Shown here: positions 24,906 to 39,409 of the stretch, piece after piece
How positions within the stretch are numbered: the first letter of the stretch is position 1
How the letters are laid out: each line of letters begins with the position of its first letter
Source of the DNA: Octopus vulgaris
Taxonomy: Eukaryota
Direction of reading: 5' to 3'
Assembly (NCBI GenBank): GCA_951406725.2
Contig: OX597815.1
Location: 131,874,001 to 131,938,000, forward strand
DNA: 64,000 nt
Made by a program: the position numbers and the translations under genes
Notes under the pieces: model-generated
The model's database searches: none
Told to the model about the DNA's origin: nothing
The model's input: the letters and a program-made list of their open reading frames with translations, nothing else

Positions 24906-25854
24906 AACGGCGCACAAAATATGACTCCAGACGTATACAGTTATTGCGAGGACGTTCTATATGAAAAATAAAACAAAGCAGTCGGAATTGTTATAGAACC
25001 TAACTTTACGGTTGAGCAATAAAAATTACTTTGTACATATTTATGAGCATTTCGTTCTTATTTTTTTCATATCTCAAATTCATATATTGCTGAAATAAAA
25101 GCATATTATATTTTCAATATCTGCAATAATACATAGTCTGTGAACCTAACGTCTGATATGTATTTGTGAATATATCAACCATGGGGAAATGGTTTTATGA
25201 TTTCTTTGTAAAGCATATTGATATCTGAAATGTTAATATTTTTAAAGTGCAAGAAAAAATGTATAGTTTTATCATTTCTAAGCTACTATTTCTTGTTTAA
25301 TGCATTTATAATTTTATGCATAACCAGGACTTCCTTAAAATGTATCGTTACTTAGAATTATTTTGTCTCTCAAGATGATTTTCTACGAAGTCGCTAAAGC
25401 TATTTTCTTATTTTATAATGGAGTATAATGCATTGTGTTTGAATAGTAAAGGATTTATTTTGCAATCAAGATATCATGAGTTCGATGGCACTGAATGGAG
25501 CCTTTATTAAATGTCTTTCTTGTTTTTATAGCCTCAAATCCCTAACTTTTGAATGAAATGCAGTCGGTGGAACCCACATAGAAACCTGTCGGATGGATTG
25601 TCTTTAACTCATTAAAGATTCAGCCAAGTCACAATTAGTCAGGTTGACTCTCCTGAAAATTAGTTTAAGTGTACACGTATCTGTGGAATGCTAAATTACT
25701 TACACGTCTATTCATTGGACCAGGTTGTCTGGTTGACCGGACAACAGGTTCTCCCTCGTCGAATGACGAAAGTCAACCCCTAATGTCATGCATGACAATA
25801 TTATTAATTAAAATACAGGAAGAGAAGAAGGAAGAGGGAATTAGTGTGAAATAG

Positions 25855-26042
25855 TGGTTTCACATTTTGACATCAGGCCAGCAAATTCGACCCCAGTGTT
25901 TAACTGGAACTTCTTTTATCGACCCCAAAAGGATGAAATGTACAGTCGACCCCGGTGGGATTTGAACTCAGAAGTTAAAGACGGACGAAATGCCGTTAAG
26001 CATTTTGCCCGGCGTGCTAACTATTCTGCTACCCCGCCGCCT
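25855..26042 (-). mobile_element. SINE family 2
   Basis: Matches 24750-24905. Confidence 0.85.
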
Positions 26043-26451
26043 TTATAGAGTAAAATATCTAAGTTTAAGCAGGGTAATTATTTGCAGGATGAGGTTACTC
26101 ATTGCTTCGGATTGGATTTTATATTTGACATATTTTTATGATCATGTATTTTGCTTCAAGATCTCAAAGTACGATTGTGCTATCCCACTGCATGACTTCT
26201 TGGGCGTGTAGGTTCTGCTATAATCCAGATCAACAAATGTATGTTTTTATTGATATTTGTTAGACGGAAATTGTGTGAAATCAGGTATGAATCTAATAGA
26301 CGGGTTTCATCTTCTGTTAATTAGAGTCTTCTCCTCAGTATCAAAGGTCCTGAAAAATATAATAAAACAGCTAAAATATATTGGGATGTTAATAAAAAAG
26401 CATATTTTTTTTAAGAAATACATTATGCAAGCGTTGTCATTGTGTTGTACA

Positions 26452-27015
26452 TTGGTTTCAAATTTTGAGACAAGGCCAGCAATTTTAGAGGCGGGGTAAG
26501 TTGATTACATCTTCACTAATGTTCAACTGTGGAGGCGCAATGGCCCAGTCGTAGGATCGTAGTTTCGATTCCCAAATCGGGGGTTGTGAGTGTTTATTGA
26601 GCGAAAATATCTAAAGCTCCACGAGGCTCCGGCAGGGGTGGTGGCGAACCCTGATGTAGACATTCACCACAACTTTCTCTTACTCGTTCTTCCTGTTTCT
26701 GTTGTACATTGTCATACACTGTGTCACGCTAAACCTCCCCGAGAACTACGTCAAGGGTACACGTGTCTGTGGAGTGCTACCCACTTGCACATTAATTTAA
26801 CGAACAGGCTGTTCCGTTGGTCGGATCAACTGGAACTCTCGTCGTTGTAACCGACTGAATTCTGCAATGTTCAACTGGTATTTGTTTTATTGACCCCGAA
26901 AGAATAAAAGTCAAAGTCGAACTCGGTGAAATGTGAACTCAGCTCATGAAGACGGACAAAATGCCGTTAAGCATGTTGTCCAGAGTGCTAACTATTCTGC
27001 CGGCTTGTCACCTTA
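26452..27015 (-). mobile_element. SINE family 2, interrupted by a family 3 SINE
   Basis: Halves at 26452-26529 and 26866-27015. Confidence 0.8.
26530..26865 (+). mobile_element. SINE family 3 (tRNA-derived) with 12-bp TSD
   Basis: A box TGGCCCAGT, B box GTTTCGATTCC; AATGTTCAACTG duplicated at 26518-26529 and 26866-26877. Confidence 0.88.
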
Positions 27016-27464
27016 CTTTGTCTGAAATATTAAATTCATAAGTGATAAATTGTGAACGTGTTGCCTGTTATTAGCAAAGAAAACCTGCTCAATTCTCAAG
27101 TAATGGAAGACAGTTAATTGTGCGTGCTAACTTTGAAAGCCAGTCTTATATCGTCTGAAAGTAGTAATTGGATTCCGGTGCCTTACTAACACTCATATTA
27201 TTGTCTTAGAAAGTTGAAGAGTAAAGATATCCTGAGGGGTGAAATATAATTATGGTTATCAGGTAAAATTTAATATCAAAGAGTTAATCAAACCTAACAA
27301 ATTGTAAAGTATTTGCTTCGGTACTCTTCATTTAGATGGTTATTGCGTGAAACCTGGCACCATCCCTGGTTGTATGGCACAAACATTATCTTGTAATGTT
27401 ATCAAAATGAAAATCTCTCATCATCATCTAATGTTAATTCATATTCCATATACTGGTTTGTTAA

Positions 27465-27840
27465 CGGTTTCGGATTTCGGGACAAGGCCAGTAATTTACA
27501 TCGAATTCAGTCTCTAATTGCTACTTATTTTATCGATGTGAAAATATAGAAGGCTAAGTCGACCTTGATGGCATTTATACTCAGAACGTTAAGCCGGAAC
27601 AAACGCCACTCAGCATTTTGTTCGACGCGTTAACTTTTCTGCTAGCTCGCCTATTATATGCAGAAGGCCTGAACTTTAGGGGAGGAGCTAGATAACTACA
27701 TGGACCCAAGTGTACAACTAGTACTTATTTTATCGACCCAAAATGGTTGTAAGATAATATCGATCTTAGTGACATTTGAACTCAGAACGTGAAGACGGAC
27801 GAAAGGCTGCTAAGCATTCTTTACGGCGTGCTAACGATTA
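27465..27840 (-). mobile_element. Two old SINE family 2 copies
   Basis: Diverged matches at 27465-27652 and 27663-27840. Confidence 0.75.
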
Positions 27841-28831
27841 TCCTTTGTACTGGGTTAATATTGATAAATATATTTTACAAAGGTCTCCCTTATTTTCAGA
27901 ATTGTCTTAAGTAAATTCATCGTTCATCCACAGATATATGGCAACAAGTAATAACAGTTTTTTTTTTCCACTGGAGGGGAAGTGTCTTCGTAGGACACCG
28001 GAAGAATGTAAGATTGAGGCAACTGTTATTGTCTATGAAAAATTGCAAGTTGGCATCTAGGTAAAGAATTCTAGTTGGTCGATTTTTTGTAATGGAAAAA
28101 TCGGTCATAGTAGTTCCTGCGGGTGTTGGGTAAATAGAATGTAGGCGACCCGTTGAGTGGAGACGAATTTTCCAGCCTGGGCTTCAGTTTAGGAAGCTGG
28201 AGACTGATCAGTTCCGACAAGCAAATAATACTGTTGAAAAGGTAGTAAAGATCCAGTTTTTAAAATGGGTCATTAGAGGGCAGCATGTTTATAGGGCTAG
28301 GGTCGATGTAGGAGGAAACACGAGTATATATTGTAGATTAATACGTCAAGGTTTAACTCCATCGCATCAAGCATCCGGCCCTGACCACCGGTTGAAGATA
28401 AATTTCTCTTTACCACTAATTTCAGGGAGGCTGGGGAAGGGCGTGGTATAATGCTCACCTCGTTGATTATGTAAATAATATATAGCACTAGCTTCCAAAA
28501 TATTTATAATTCTGTTTAGTAAAATTTAACTTAACTGTAGTTGTGTGTAAAAAAAAACTAATCATATATTAGGTTCTGAAACTAAAACAATTACGAAGCC
28601 ATTTCTGTACTGCTGCAACGAGATTGCAATTTCCTTTCAAAATTATTCGGTGTACAAACGCAAAAATGCGTTTATCAAATCATATGTTTGTGTGTGTGTG
28701 TGCGTATGTTGTGCAAGTGTGTGTTTATGTGTATATATATATGTATGTATACATGTGTGTGTTACATATGCATATATGTAAATATATATGTTTGCATATA
28801 TGCACATGTAACACGTGTATACACTTACAGA

Positions 28832-29015
<184 letters not shown>

Positions 29016-29539
29016 CATATCTACATATACATGCATATATATAGATAAATATATACATGTATATGTGTATATATGTATACATATATACATATATAAATGT
29101 GTATATATAAATGTGCTTATATATATATCTATATATATATGAATATTTCTCATGTAAATTTGTAAACAACATAATCTTCGCTAGGAAATGGGATTAGAAA
29201 TATATTAAATTTTCAGCTGATCATTGACAAAGTAGAAGAGAAAAGCTTTAGAACAAGTACGTTTTCAAAATATTTTCATTAGTAGGCACCCAGATAAACT
29301 AATAAACATATTTTCAATTGCATAAGCTTAATAAATAAACGTGATTTTCTTAAAATGATTCTGTAAACACCCTGGCCATCAAGACTAATGAGTTATGATA
29401 CTGAACAGTAACAAAAGAATTGCCATTTTTTAATATTTTACTTCGCGTGGCGATCTTTCGTAGAAGCGCATTTTATATATCTTAGAATTAAGACCGGAGA
29501 AACTTCAAAGATATTTTCAACAATTTTATTTTTTCTGGA

Positions 29540-30150
29540 GAAACCAGGAAAAGGGAGGCCTTGCTACAACTATGGAGGACTTTCGTACTCCGACTACTGC
29601 TCCCAGCTATGGTCCCCAGAGAGCGTGAAAGAAACTGTGGAACTCGAAGCAATCCATCGCCAATACACAGAAAAGATTGACTCGATGCAAAAGATGGCCT
29701 ACTGGAAGAGGCTAAAGGAGCTGACTCTCTATTCTCTGGAGAGATGACGAGAGAGATATGCGGTGATATATTTTTGGAAGATCTTAGAGGTTTTAGCTCC
29801 CAATTTTGGAATTTACAAATATACCAGTCCTCAAATTGAACGGCACGGCATCGTACTGAAGATCCCGTCTTCTCCATCTAAAAGAAGAAGACAGTACTGC
29901 AATAGCCTGTGTCTCAAGGGCTCGCAATTGTTCAACATCCTGCCAGGCCACCTTAGAGATCTACTTGGTGTTGATGTAGAAGTTTTCATGGAACGTCTGG
30001 ACAGTTTCCTGTCCGAGATACCAGATGATCCCACATCGCGGCAGGAGACAAAAAGAAGAGCATCTCCGTCCAACTTGCTACTTCATCAAATTCAGGTTTC
30101 TACTAAAGGTGGTGCAATAGCATGACCTCAGCTGAAACCAGTAAAACAAA
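29540..30150 (+). mobile_element. CR1-group LINE 3' fragment
   Basis: DYCSQLWSP..ELEAIHRQYT..YWKRLKELTLYSLER*RERYAVIYFWKIL..GSQLFNILP..FMERLDSFLSEIPD, typical of the CR1/L2-group ORF2 C-terminus. Confidence 0.85.
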
Positions 30151-30270
30151 GATTTCTGTAAATGATTCTGGAAAGAAGTATTTTATAATATACATTATAA
30201 TTACTCTACTCTCTTAGCTGATCGATTGTTCTTGTACTTGTTGAAGATTAACCACATAACCACATAAGTA

Positions 30271-31483
30271 TCCGGTCATTAAGAATGAAAGATCCGATTC
30301 TCTTATGCTCCAAGTTTGAAAGCAGTTAACACTTCTTTCTTTTACAACATTGTAATAAACTTTTCGAAATGTAATTCATGGTGTCTGAATAAATTGAGCT
30401 TTCTTTTGCAAATCAGTTTCTGTGAGCCCGTAGATAGTGAAAAATTCGTGTTGTTTATGAATATGAGTTCGATCATCGAAACAGCGCATCCAAGATATTT
30501 CGAAACATCAATGAGGTGCTTGGTGAAAATCTGGCGAATGAGCGCAATGCACGTCGATGTTTGAGAAGTTCCAATCTGGTGACTTTACTCGGTAGACATG
30601 AGACCAAGTTGCATAATGATGAGCTGGAAACTGTAATGGAAACGGAGACATCTCAAACTACGCGTGAGTTAGCAGCAAAGTTTGATATTTCTATTCCAAT
30701 TGTATTGGACCATCTGAAGCAAATCGGCAAATTAAAGAAATTGGACAATTGCGTACCACATAAACTGAACGGGCATCAAATGACGCCCTCCCAAACTTGC
30801 TGTCCGTTGCTGTTATGGCGTAAAATCGTTACATATGATGAAAAATGGATTCTTTTCAACAAAAGCAAGCGTTCGGCACAATAGTTGGATTGAGACAAAG
30901 TGCCAAAAACACAATCTAAACCAGAATTTTCACCATAAAAAGTTAATGGTGTCTATTTGAGGGTCCAGTAACGGTGTCATCTACTACAGGTTCATGAGAC
31001 TTGGTAAGTCAATTACAACGGATGTATACATCTACCAAGTGGATGAAATAATGAGTGAACATGCAATTAAACAACTGAGGCTGGACAATAAAGACAGGCC
31101 AATTCTCTTGCAAGAAAATGACCGATCACATGTTGCACAAAGAAAGCTACTCAAGTTACAGAAACTGAATTTGGATGTACACTGTCATTCACCATATTCA
31201 CCAAACCTTGCACCAACTGACAATTATGTTTTCTATGCATTACACAGATATATGTAGAAAAGAATTCAAATCTGAAGAATATGCAAAAAAAGTCTTTCGT
31301 GATTTCATCACATCTGCTCTCCAGAACTCTTCGCCGCTAGCATAAATAAGCTACCGATAAAATGGCAAAATTGTACCGATTATTTAGGTGCAAACTTTGA
31401 TTAACTGCATTGCTTTTTTTTTTTTAGATAAAGTGAGATAAGATTTCAGTTCAAATTTGGACATTTCGTTCATAATGACCTGA
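30271..31483 (+). mobile_element. Mariner transposon (Hsmar1/SETMAR-like), decayed, both TIRs present
   Basis: TA-flanked imperfect TIRs TCCGGTCATTAAGAATGAAA / TTTCGTTCATAATGACCTGA; CVPHKL, IVTYDEKW, LLQENDRSH, PYSPNLAPTD. Confidence 0.93.
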
Positions 31484-31523
31484 TATTCATGAACATATAT
31501 ATATACACACACACATATATATG

Positions 31524-31631
<108 letters not shown>

Positions 31632-31731
31632 CTGTCTCCCTGGTTTTTTATGTGCTAGGCCACTTGGTGTTAAACTGATGGTATTATTAAATTAATATCT
31701 AATTCTTCACCCTCATTTATGAATTTATATA

Positions 31732-31949
31732 CTCTTTTACTCTTTTACTCTTTTACTTGTTTCAGTCATTTGACTGCGGCCATGCTGGAGCACCGCCTTT
31801 AGTCGAGCAAATCGACCCCGGGACTTATTCTTTGTAAGCCCAGTACTTATTCTATCGGTCTCTTTTTGCCAAACCGCTAAGTGACGGGAACGTAAACACA
31901 CCAGCATCGGTTGTCAAGCAATGCTAGGGGGACAAACACAGACACACAA

Positions 31950-31980
<31 letters not shown>

Positions 31981-32145
31981 CATATATACGACGGGCTTCT
32001 TTCCGTTTCCGTCTACCAAATCCACTCACAAGGCATTGGCCGGCCCGGGGCTATAGTAGAAGACACTTGGCCAAGGTGCCACGCAGTGGGACTGAACCCG
32101 GAACCATGTGGTTGGTTAGCAAGCTACTTACCACACAGCCACTCT
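31732..32145 (-). mobile_element. SINE family 1, near full length
   Basis: Reverse complement of 20081-20457 with a (TACTCTTT)n tail. Confidence 0.92.
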
Positions 32146-32699
32146 ATTTAATATGCTGCAGCAAATATTATATGCAGTATTAGTTTCCACTTAGTCCTGG
32201 CATGCTTTTGGTGGGAAGGCTTAACCACAACTATGTATGCAATCGATCAGACCGCATGGTATTTATTGCCCGTGAGGGTCTGATAAATTGTATCGAGGAT
32301 AAATGCTGCCGATGACTTATAGATGAATATGTGAGTATAATTGCATATTATAGTGATAAAGAAACAATTCTTCAGTATTAATCTATCTTTTCGTTGTATT
32401 TCGCTTTCGTTACGTTGAAGGTAATGTTATTTCTTTTGTGGAAACAACTTCGGTGGCTATACCAGAATAAGGAGCTATTTCTAGCACTAGAGTTAACCAC
32501 TTTATGTTAACTCTCTTATATTTACGTACGTATATATATATATATATGTGTGTGTGTGTAAAATAATATGTGACGATTATTCGGTAGCCAAGATAATCAT
32601 CGACGTGCATTGCGCCCATTCGCCAGATTTTCACCAAGCACCTCATTGATGTTTCGAACTATCTGGGATGCACTAGTTCGATGATCGAACTCACATTCA

Positions 32700-33250
32700 T
32701 AGAGGCCACAGCCCATGGAGAACCAGCCCGTAGATTTAGAAAAGCTCTGAAGGAGAACGAACTCAACATTAAAATTGTTGAAAAGCCAGGGAACTGTGTC
32801 AGATCACAACTATGTAGGACGTACCGCTTTGAGAATACCATATGCACCAATGATAACAGCATAGTATGTAGGATTAGCCATGGCATTAACTGTAGAACTC
32901 GAAAATGTAGTTTACAGCATAAGATGCATAGAAGGTGCTTGTAAAGACATGAATGTGACATACATAGGGGAGACATCTAGGAGCATTGCGGAGCGACTAA
33001 ATGAACATGTGAGACAATATGATGGCAAAAAACAGTCCTCCATACTCTAACAAAATGCCAAAGACCACCGTTGAGGCAACTTGGGTCAACTTGACATCTG
33101 CATCTTATCCAAACACCCGAAAGACCCAACACTCAGACAAATACGGGAGTACGTCCTTATAAATGAAACTTCCCCAATACTAAATAGGAAATCTGCATAG
33201 TAGATATCATACCACCTTACCCACAGTTTACACTGGTAGAGTAGAATAGT
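32700..33250 (+). mobile_element. Penelope-like element GIY-YIG endonuclease fragment
   Basis: IKIVEKPG..NCRT / VVYSIRC..TYIGETSRSIAERLNEH..KDPTLRQIRE..ILNRK; frameshifted. Confidence 0.85.
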
Positions 33251-33273
33251 TAGTGGACTGTTATGTAGATAGA

Positions 33274-33305
<32 letters not shown>

Positions 33306-33719
33306 CGAGTGTGTGTGTATGCGCATGTCTGTTTTTGTATGTAAGCATATGGATGTGAAAATAAACAAAGCAGCATACAGACGGATAGGTACATAGGTTA
33401 TAAGAACAGACAAGCACGAATACGCAAATGGAGACTGAGACATATGAACATATACACACACACACTTTACTCCACACAAGGACACATATGGAGACACGGG
33501 TCCGCACATATAGAGATGCGCATCCATACATACAAACATGGTACATAGTTGTAAAAAACACACACACACTGACCCGCACACACACTGACCCGCACACGCA
33601 TTGACCCAGACACATGCTAACAAACAAACAAAAAGGAACACAATGTAAATAACTTGTGTTGAATATGCTTCAACACACGAACTCATATAGAGAGTCTTGC
33701 AAACCAAATCCCAAACGTA

Positions 33720-33837
<118 letters not shown>

Positions 33838-34071
33838 GCTTGTATGTATGTATGTATATAATTTTGTTTCAAAAATTTAACACCCGCCCCAGAACATATT
33901 CTTTGTAAGCGTATCGGATACTTTTGCCGAGCTGCTAAGTTACGGGGCCATAAACACCGCAACATCGTTTGTCAAGCGATGGTAGGCTGACAGAGGGAGA
34001 CATACCCCCATATATATATAGTATACTATATTCGTTTTTTATATCTATTGCTATAATGATTCCCCCAAGAC

Positions 34072-34117
<46 letters not shown>

Positions 34118-34122
<5 letters not shown>

Positions 34123-34739
34123 AATCAAGGAACGGCCATAATAGGCCATTCACCCACTAGAAATAACAGCCAAAGCTTCAACCGCAAAATAACATTAATT
34201 CCGTAAACCAGGAGAAAATTAAAAAACATTTACCCTGTAATTTCTTATACGATGCACCGTTTCATCTACTGTTTAATGGTAAACTAACCTGATTAAATTA
34301 AATCAAGCCAATCTTCCATAGGCCCTTAGATTCCTCAGTAAGAAATAGCCAGAACGGAACAGATATTTTCACGAGGCATTTCTGTCCCTGCCTCGGCAAT
34401 ATCTGACCTAAAATTTTCAAATCATCGCACTCGCGCCTATGGAAGATTGGCTTGATTTAATTTAATCAGGTTAGTTTACCATTAAACAGTAGATGAAACG
34501 GTGCATCGTATAAGAAATTACAGGGTAAATGTTTTTTAATTTTCTCCTGGTTTACGGAATTAATGTTATTTTGCGGTTGAAGCTTTGGCTGTTATTTCTA
34601 GTGGGTGAATGGCCTATTATGGCCGTTCCTTGATTGTGATGTTGAACTTATAAATGGTCTATGACTATTTAATTTTTTCCCACTAGGCCGCTGGTGGCAA
34701 AAAAAATTCTACAAAATTTTTTTTGCCACCCTATATTGA

Positions 34740-34745
<6 letters not shown>
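34118..34745. mobile_element. Family A retrozyme-like element, second insertion (fold-back arm plus partial unit)
   Basis: Same start (ATCACAATCAAGG) and end (GCCACCCTATATTGATTAAT) as 15633-17150; (TA)n both sides; inversion junction near 34435. Confidence 0.88.
34240..34346 (-). ncRNA. Type I hammerhead ribozyme (family A variant)
   Basis: ATTTCTTA-CTGAGGA-ATCTA..TAGAT-GAAA-CGGTGCATCG-TA-TAAGAAAT. Confidence 0.85.
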
Positions 34746-34826
<81 letters not shown>

Positions 34827-34828
<2 letters not shown>

Positions 34829-35098
34829 GAGGCACAATGGCCTAGTGGTTAGGGCAGCGGACTCGCGGTCGTTGTGAGTTTTTATTGAGCGAAAATACGT
34901 AAAAGCTCCACGACCTCCGGCAGGGAGTGGTGATCCCTGCTGTACTCTTTCACCACTCTTTCCCCCACTCTTTCTTCTGTTGGCCTGCTCGCTTAGCCAG
35001 CGGGGTGGCGTCATTCGAAGGCTAAAACAATGCGAACGCATTGTGACCAGCGATGTGTAACTACATCTGATGGACTGGTCGGTCACGTGATGGTGATG

Positions 35099-35103
<5 letters not shown>
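34827..35103 (+). mobile_element. SINE family 3 variant (same head, different 3' part)
   Basis: Head matches 26530-26680; tail unrelated, ending in GTGAT repeats. Confidence 0.85.
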
Positions 35104-35134
<31 letters not shown>

Positions 35135-35135
<1 letters not shown>

Positions 35136-35515
35136 GCGCCCAGGAGTGGCTGTGTGGTAAGAATCTTGCTTCTGAACCACATGATTCCGGGTTCAGTTCT
35201 ACAACGTGGTACCTGGGGCAAGTGTCTTCTACTATAGACTTGGGTCGTCCAAAGACTTGCTTGTGGATTTGATAGATGGAAACTGAAAGAAGCCCGTCGT
35301 ATATATATATATACGTATGTTTGTGTGTCCACACCATTGCCTGGCAACCGACGTTGGTGTGTTTACGTCTCCGTTACCTAGCAGTTCGGCAAGAGACCGA
35401 TAGAATAAGTACTAAACTTACAAAGTATAAGATCTGGTGTTGATTTGTTCGACTAAAGGCTATGCTCCAGTATGACCGCCGTCAAATGACTCAAACAAAT
35501 AAAAGAATAAAAGAA
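35135..35515 (+). mobile_element. SINE family 1, full length, diverged
   Basis: Matches 20081-20457. Confidence 0.9.
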
Positions 35516-36097
35516 TACATATCCACCTTACTCGTTATTGTCATTGGACTGCTACCATGCTGGAGTACCTCCGACAAAAATATTCATAGTATATATGATT
35601 TTTCTTGCTATAGAACACAATCCATGAGTTGAATCTGTTCTAGAGGAAGAGTTTTCAAGAGTGCACGTGACGCGTAATTACATATATAATTTATCATTAT
35701 GTGTATATTAACATACTATTCCAGAATAAAACTCGAATACAACGTGTGAAGCAAAATGTATTGAGACAGGTGCAGTGGAGCGAATTGTTTATTGTTGAAA
35801 ACCAGCCAGAAGAAAGGCAGATGAATCTACAAATTAATCTGAAATGTGACTCTATGTATTTAAATCATGAATCTACTGGCTATAATTTAAGAAAATATTC
35901 GGCGACTGACGTCTATATTTGTATGTCTTTAAGCGAAACATCATAAATCAGTTTTTATGAAAATATATATAAAAGATATATTTAAGTGACGTAGAATTAT
36001 ATCATGCACTTCATTAATAGCATTATACTATGCACACACACACACACACACACAGGCACACACAGGCACACACATAGACCTTTTTTGATAAATGTTA

Positions 36098-36252
36098 TGA
36101 AATCTACATTATTTACATTTCGCGGGTATTTGTCCTCATCTTGTTTATTGTTAACACAAATTTTCGGTCGATATACCCTCCACACTTCATCAGGTGTCTT
36201 GGGGAAATTTCGAACCTGGGTTCTCATTCCTAATGTATTTTTCGATGTTACA
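36098..36252 (-). mobile_element. Short element with degenerate minimal hammerhead beside (ATT)n (family D)
   Basis: 36153-36197 minus reads ACAC-CTGATGA-AG..CC-GAAA-attt-GTGT; helix II decayed. Confidence 0.5.
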
Positions 36253-36329
<77 letters not shown>

Positions 36330-36488
36330 CTAATCTATATATGCGCTGTGCGTGCTTTGCCGTCAGTGTACAACGATGCGGTAGACGTGACACTATCAAA
36401 ATTGGTGCTTGTTAAAACATCTGAAAGTCATAAACAGGCGAGACACCTCACCTCAAATATCACACACACACATACACACGCATACACT

Positions 36489-36536
<48 letters not shown>

Positions 36537-36682
36537 AGTATGTATACGTTGTATCGAAATCGAACTAGACTCATAGTCTAAATCATAAGTTTCTATTTGT
36601 TCGTTGTTGTTAATAGTTCTTTACGTATTTCAGATCAGCCCAGTGCCCATAAGTCTATAGAAGCATGAACACACACACAGAC

Positions 36683-36756
<74 letters not shown>

Positions 36757-38225
36757 TTATATATATATATATATTGTGTGTGTGTGTGAGAGAGAGAGGG
36801 GGGAAAAATGTTAACTTATGCAGTAGGTTCCCATAATCTTTGAAATATCGATTTTAAACTCAGATATAAACGATTCAAAGAAGCAATTTTCTTTTGCACG
36901 TCACATGACTGAGGATCCCTATCAGTCATCATATCTTTGTAGCCCGCATCATAGCGGCATCTCTTGAAAATATTTGTCGCTATCTAAGCAGGTTACTTTT
37001 TCATTTTTGACAACGTTGTTGGTCGATTAAATTTCTATTGCCCACTTACTGTGAATAATTATTCAGATATTTTCTTTTATTCGCATTGTTTACATTTAAC
37101 AAATATATCTCTTGTATATGATATTTATGACGCTGTAATTGATCTTTGAACAATTTTCATATAGAATGTATTGTTTTAATTCAGTTATTTTGCAGTACCG
37201 GAAAATATGTTGGTTTTGTTTTCTATTAAGTTTTCACATTTTAACTTGTTGCAAACTTAATCAAGTGAAGTATCTGAAAATATTACTTTGTGCAAACGAA
37301 CATATTTTATCTATACATCCTGGACTTTTTCCTTTAAATGTACACTTCTCTATGCTAGGAAGTGTTTGATTTTAGTATTACTATAGTTTCTCAAATTTAA
37401 TTTGTAATACATATCAACAACCACATATTGGAAACCATCATAATTGACCGTTGTTTGGAACCTTCTTCAGCTTAACTAGTTGCAATTTGGCAACTTTATA
37501 GAAAAGCCGTTTCAGTTGAAATATTTAACTAATACCTGAAATATTTATTTCCTAAAGCTGAAATCAGTAAATTTTACATCACATGGAAGCAATAAACCTA
37601 CAACTGCTGGTCCCCATGGTTTATGGAACAATAGTTGTGTTGTCTGTAATGCTTTCTTAGCTAGTTTTATCATATGTATATACTTTGCAATTGCTCTGCT
37701 TTGCAGCGGCATGGGAAACCGGTAGGTGATTGTGGAACTTGTATGCCCATTATAGCAGTTGAGTTCGTGAAGTTAATAACTTTTACGTTGGCAACAGAAA
37801 TTGTAAGTCCCTCAGCTCGTTAGCAACTTATTTGCTGGGCTACATACTTCCAATTCAACATATTAAGAAAGCGTTTAACTTGAATACATTTTTGTTCTCA
37901 ATATATAGATAGTGTTACTATGTAGGTCAGTACATTCCACTTTCTGATATGCCTTAAAATATTTCTGATGGGATTTCTTCATTCTATGATTGGTTTGTTT
38001 TCAATTCAAGTAATACATTTATGTGCTTTATGTTTTTCCTTGGCTGCATTTTGCCTCTATTATTCTACGTATATACATTTGAATACACACACACACACAT
38101 GCACGCACACACACAAAGATGCGTGTGCACACATATTCATGCCTTATGTTTTTTTTTTTCCTCTGAGCATAGGACAATGTCTGAGATTTTGTGCGAGAGT
38201 AGGTAGTCAAAGTTTACACAAATAT

Positions 38226-38297
<72 letters not shown>

Positions 38298-38421
38298 CAT
38301 ATACAGTCATCCATGAGGAAAGTTAACTCTAACATATTACTGAACAAACTTCTATGTATTTGTGCCTGTGCATAAACATACATAAATACATACATACAGA
38401 CATACATACATATACATATAT

Positions 38422-39134
<713 letters not shown>

Positions 39135-39409
39135 GGTTAATTGATTTAACCTATTTAATGTAGAAATTTGAGAAGTAATTAATTTCTGACGCAAGTGTAT
39201 ATATATATATATGAACTGAGGTCGATTTATATATATATATATATACATACACATATCGACCCCAGTTCTTATTTCTTTTAAGCCTGGTACTTATTTTGTT
39301 GGACACTGTTAACGAAATTGTAGCTTACCGTGAGCAAAAACACCAACATCGCTTCTCAAATTGTGTCAGGGAAAAAGACGCAGATAACATGCACAGGCGC
39401 ATATATATA

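Noticed and set aside
36950-37880. Possible very old DNA-transposase relic
   Set aside because: Stops in all frames examined, no diagnostic motif or TIR.
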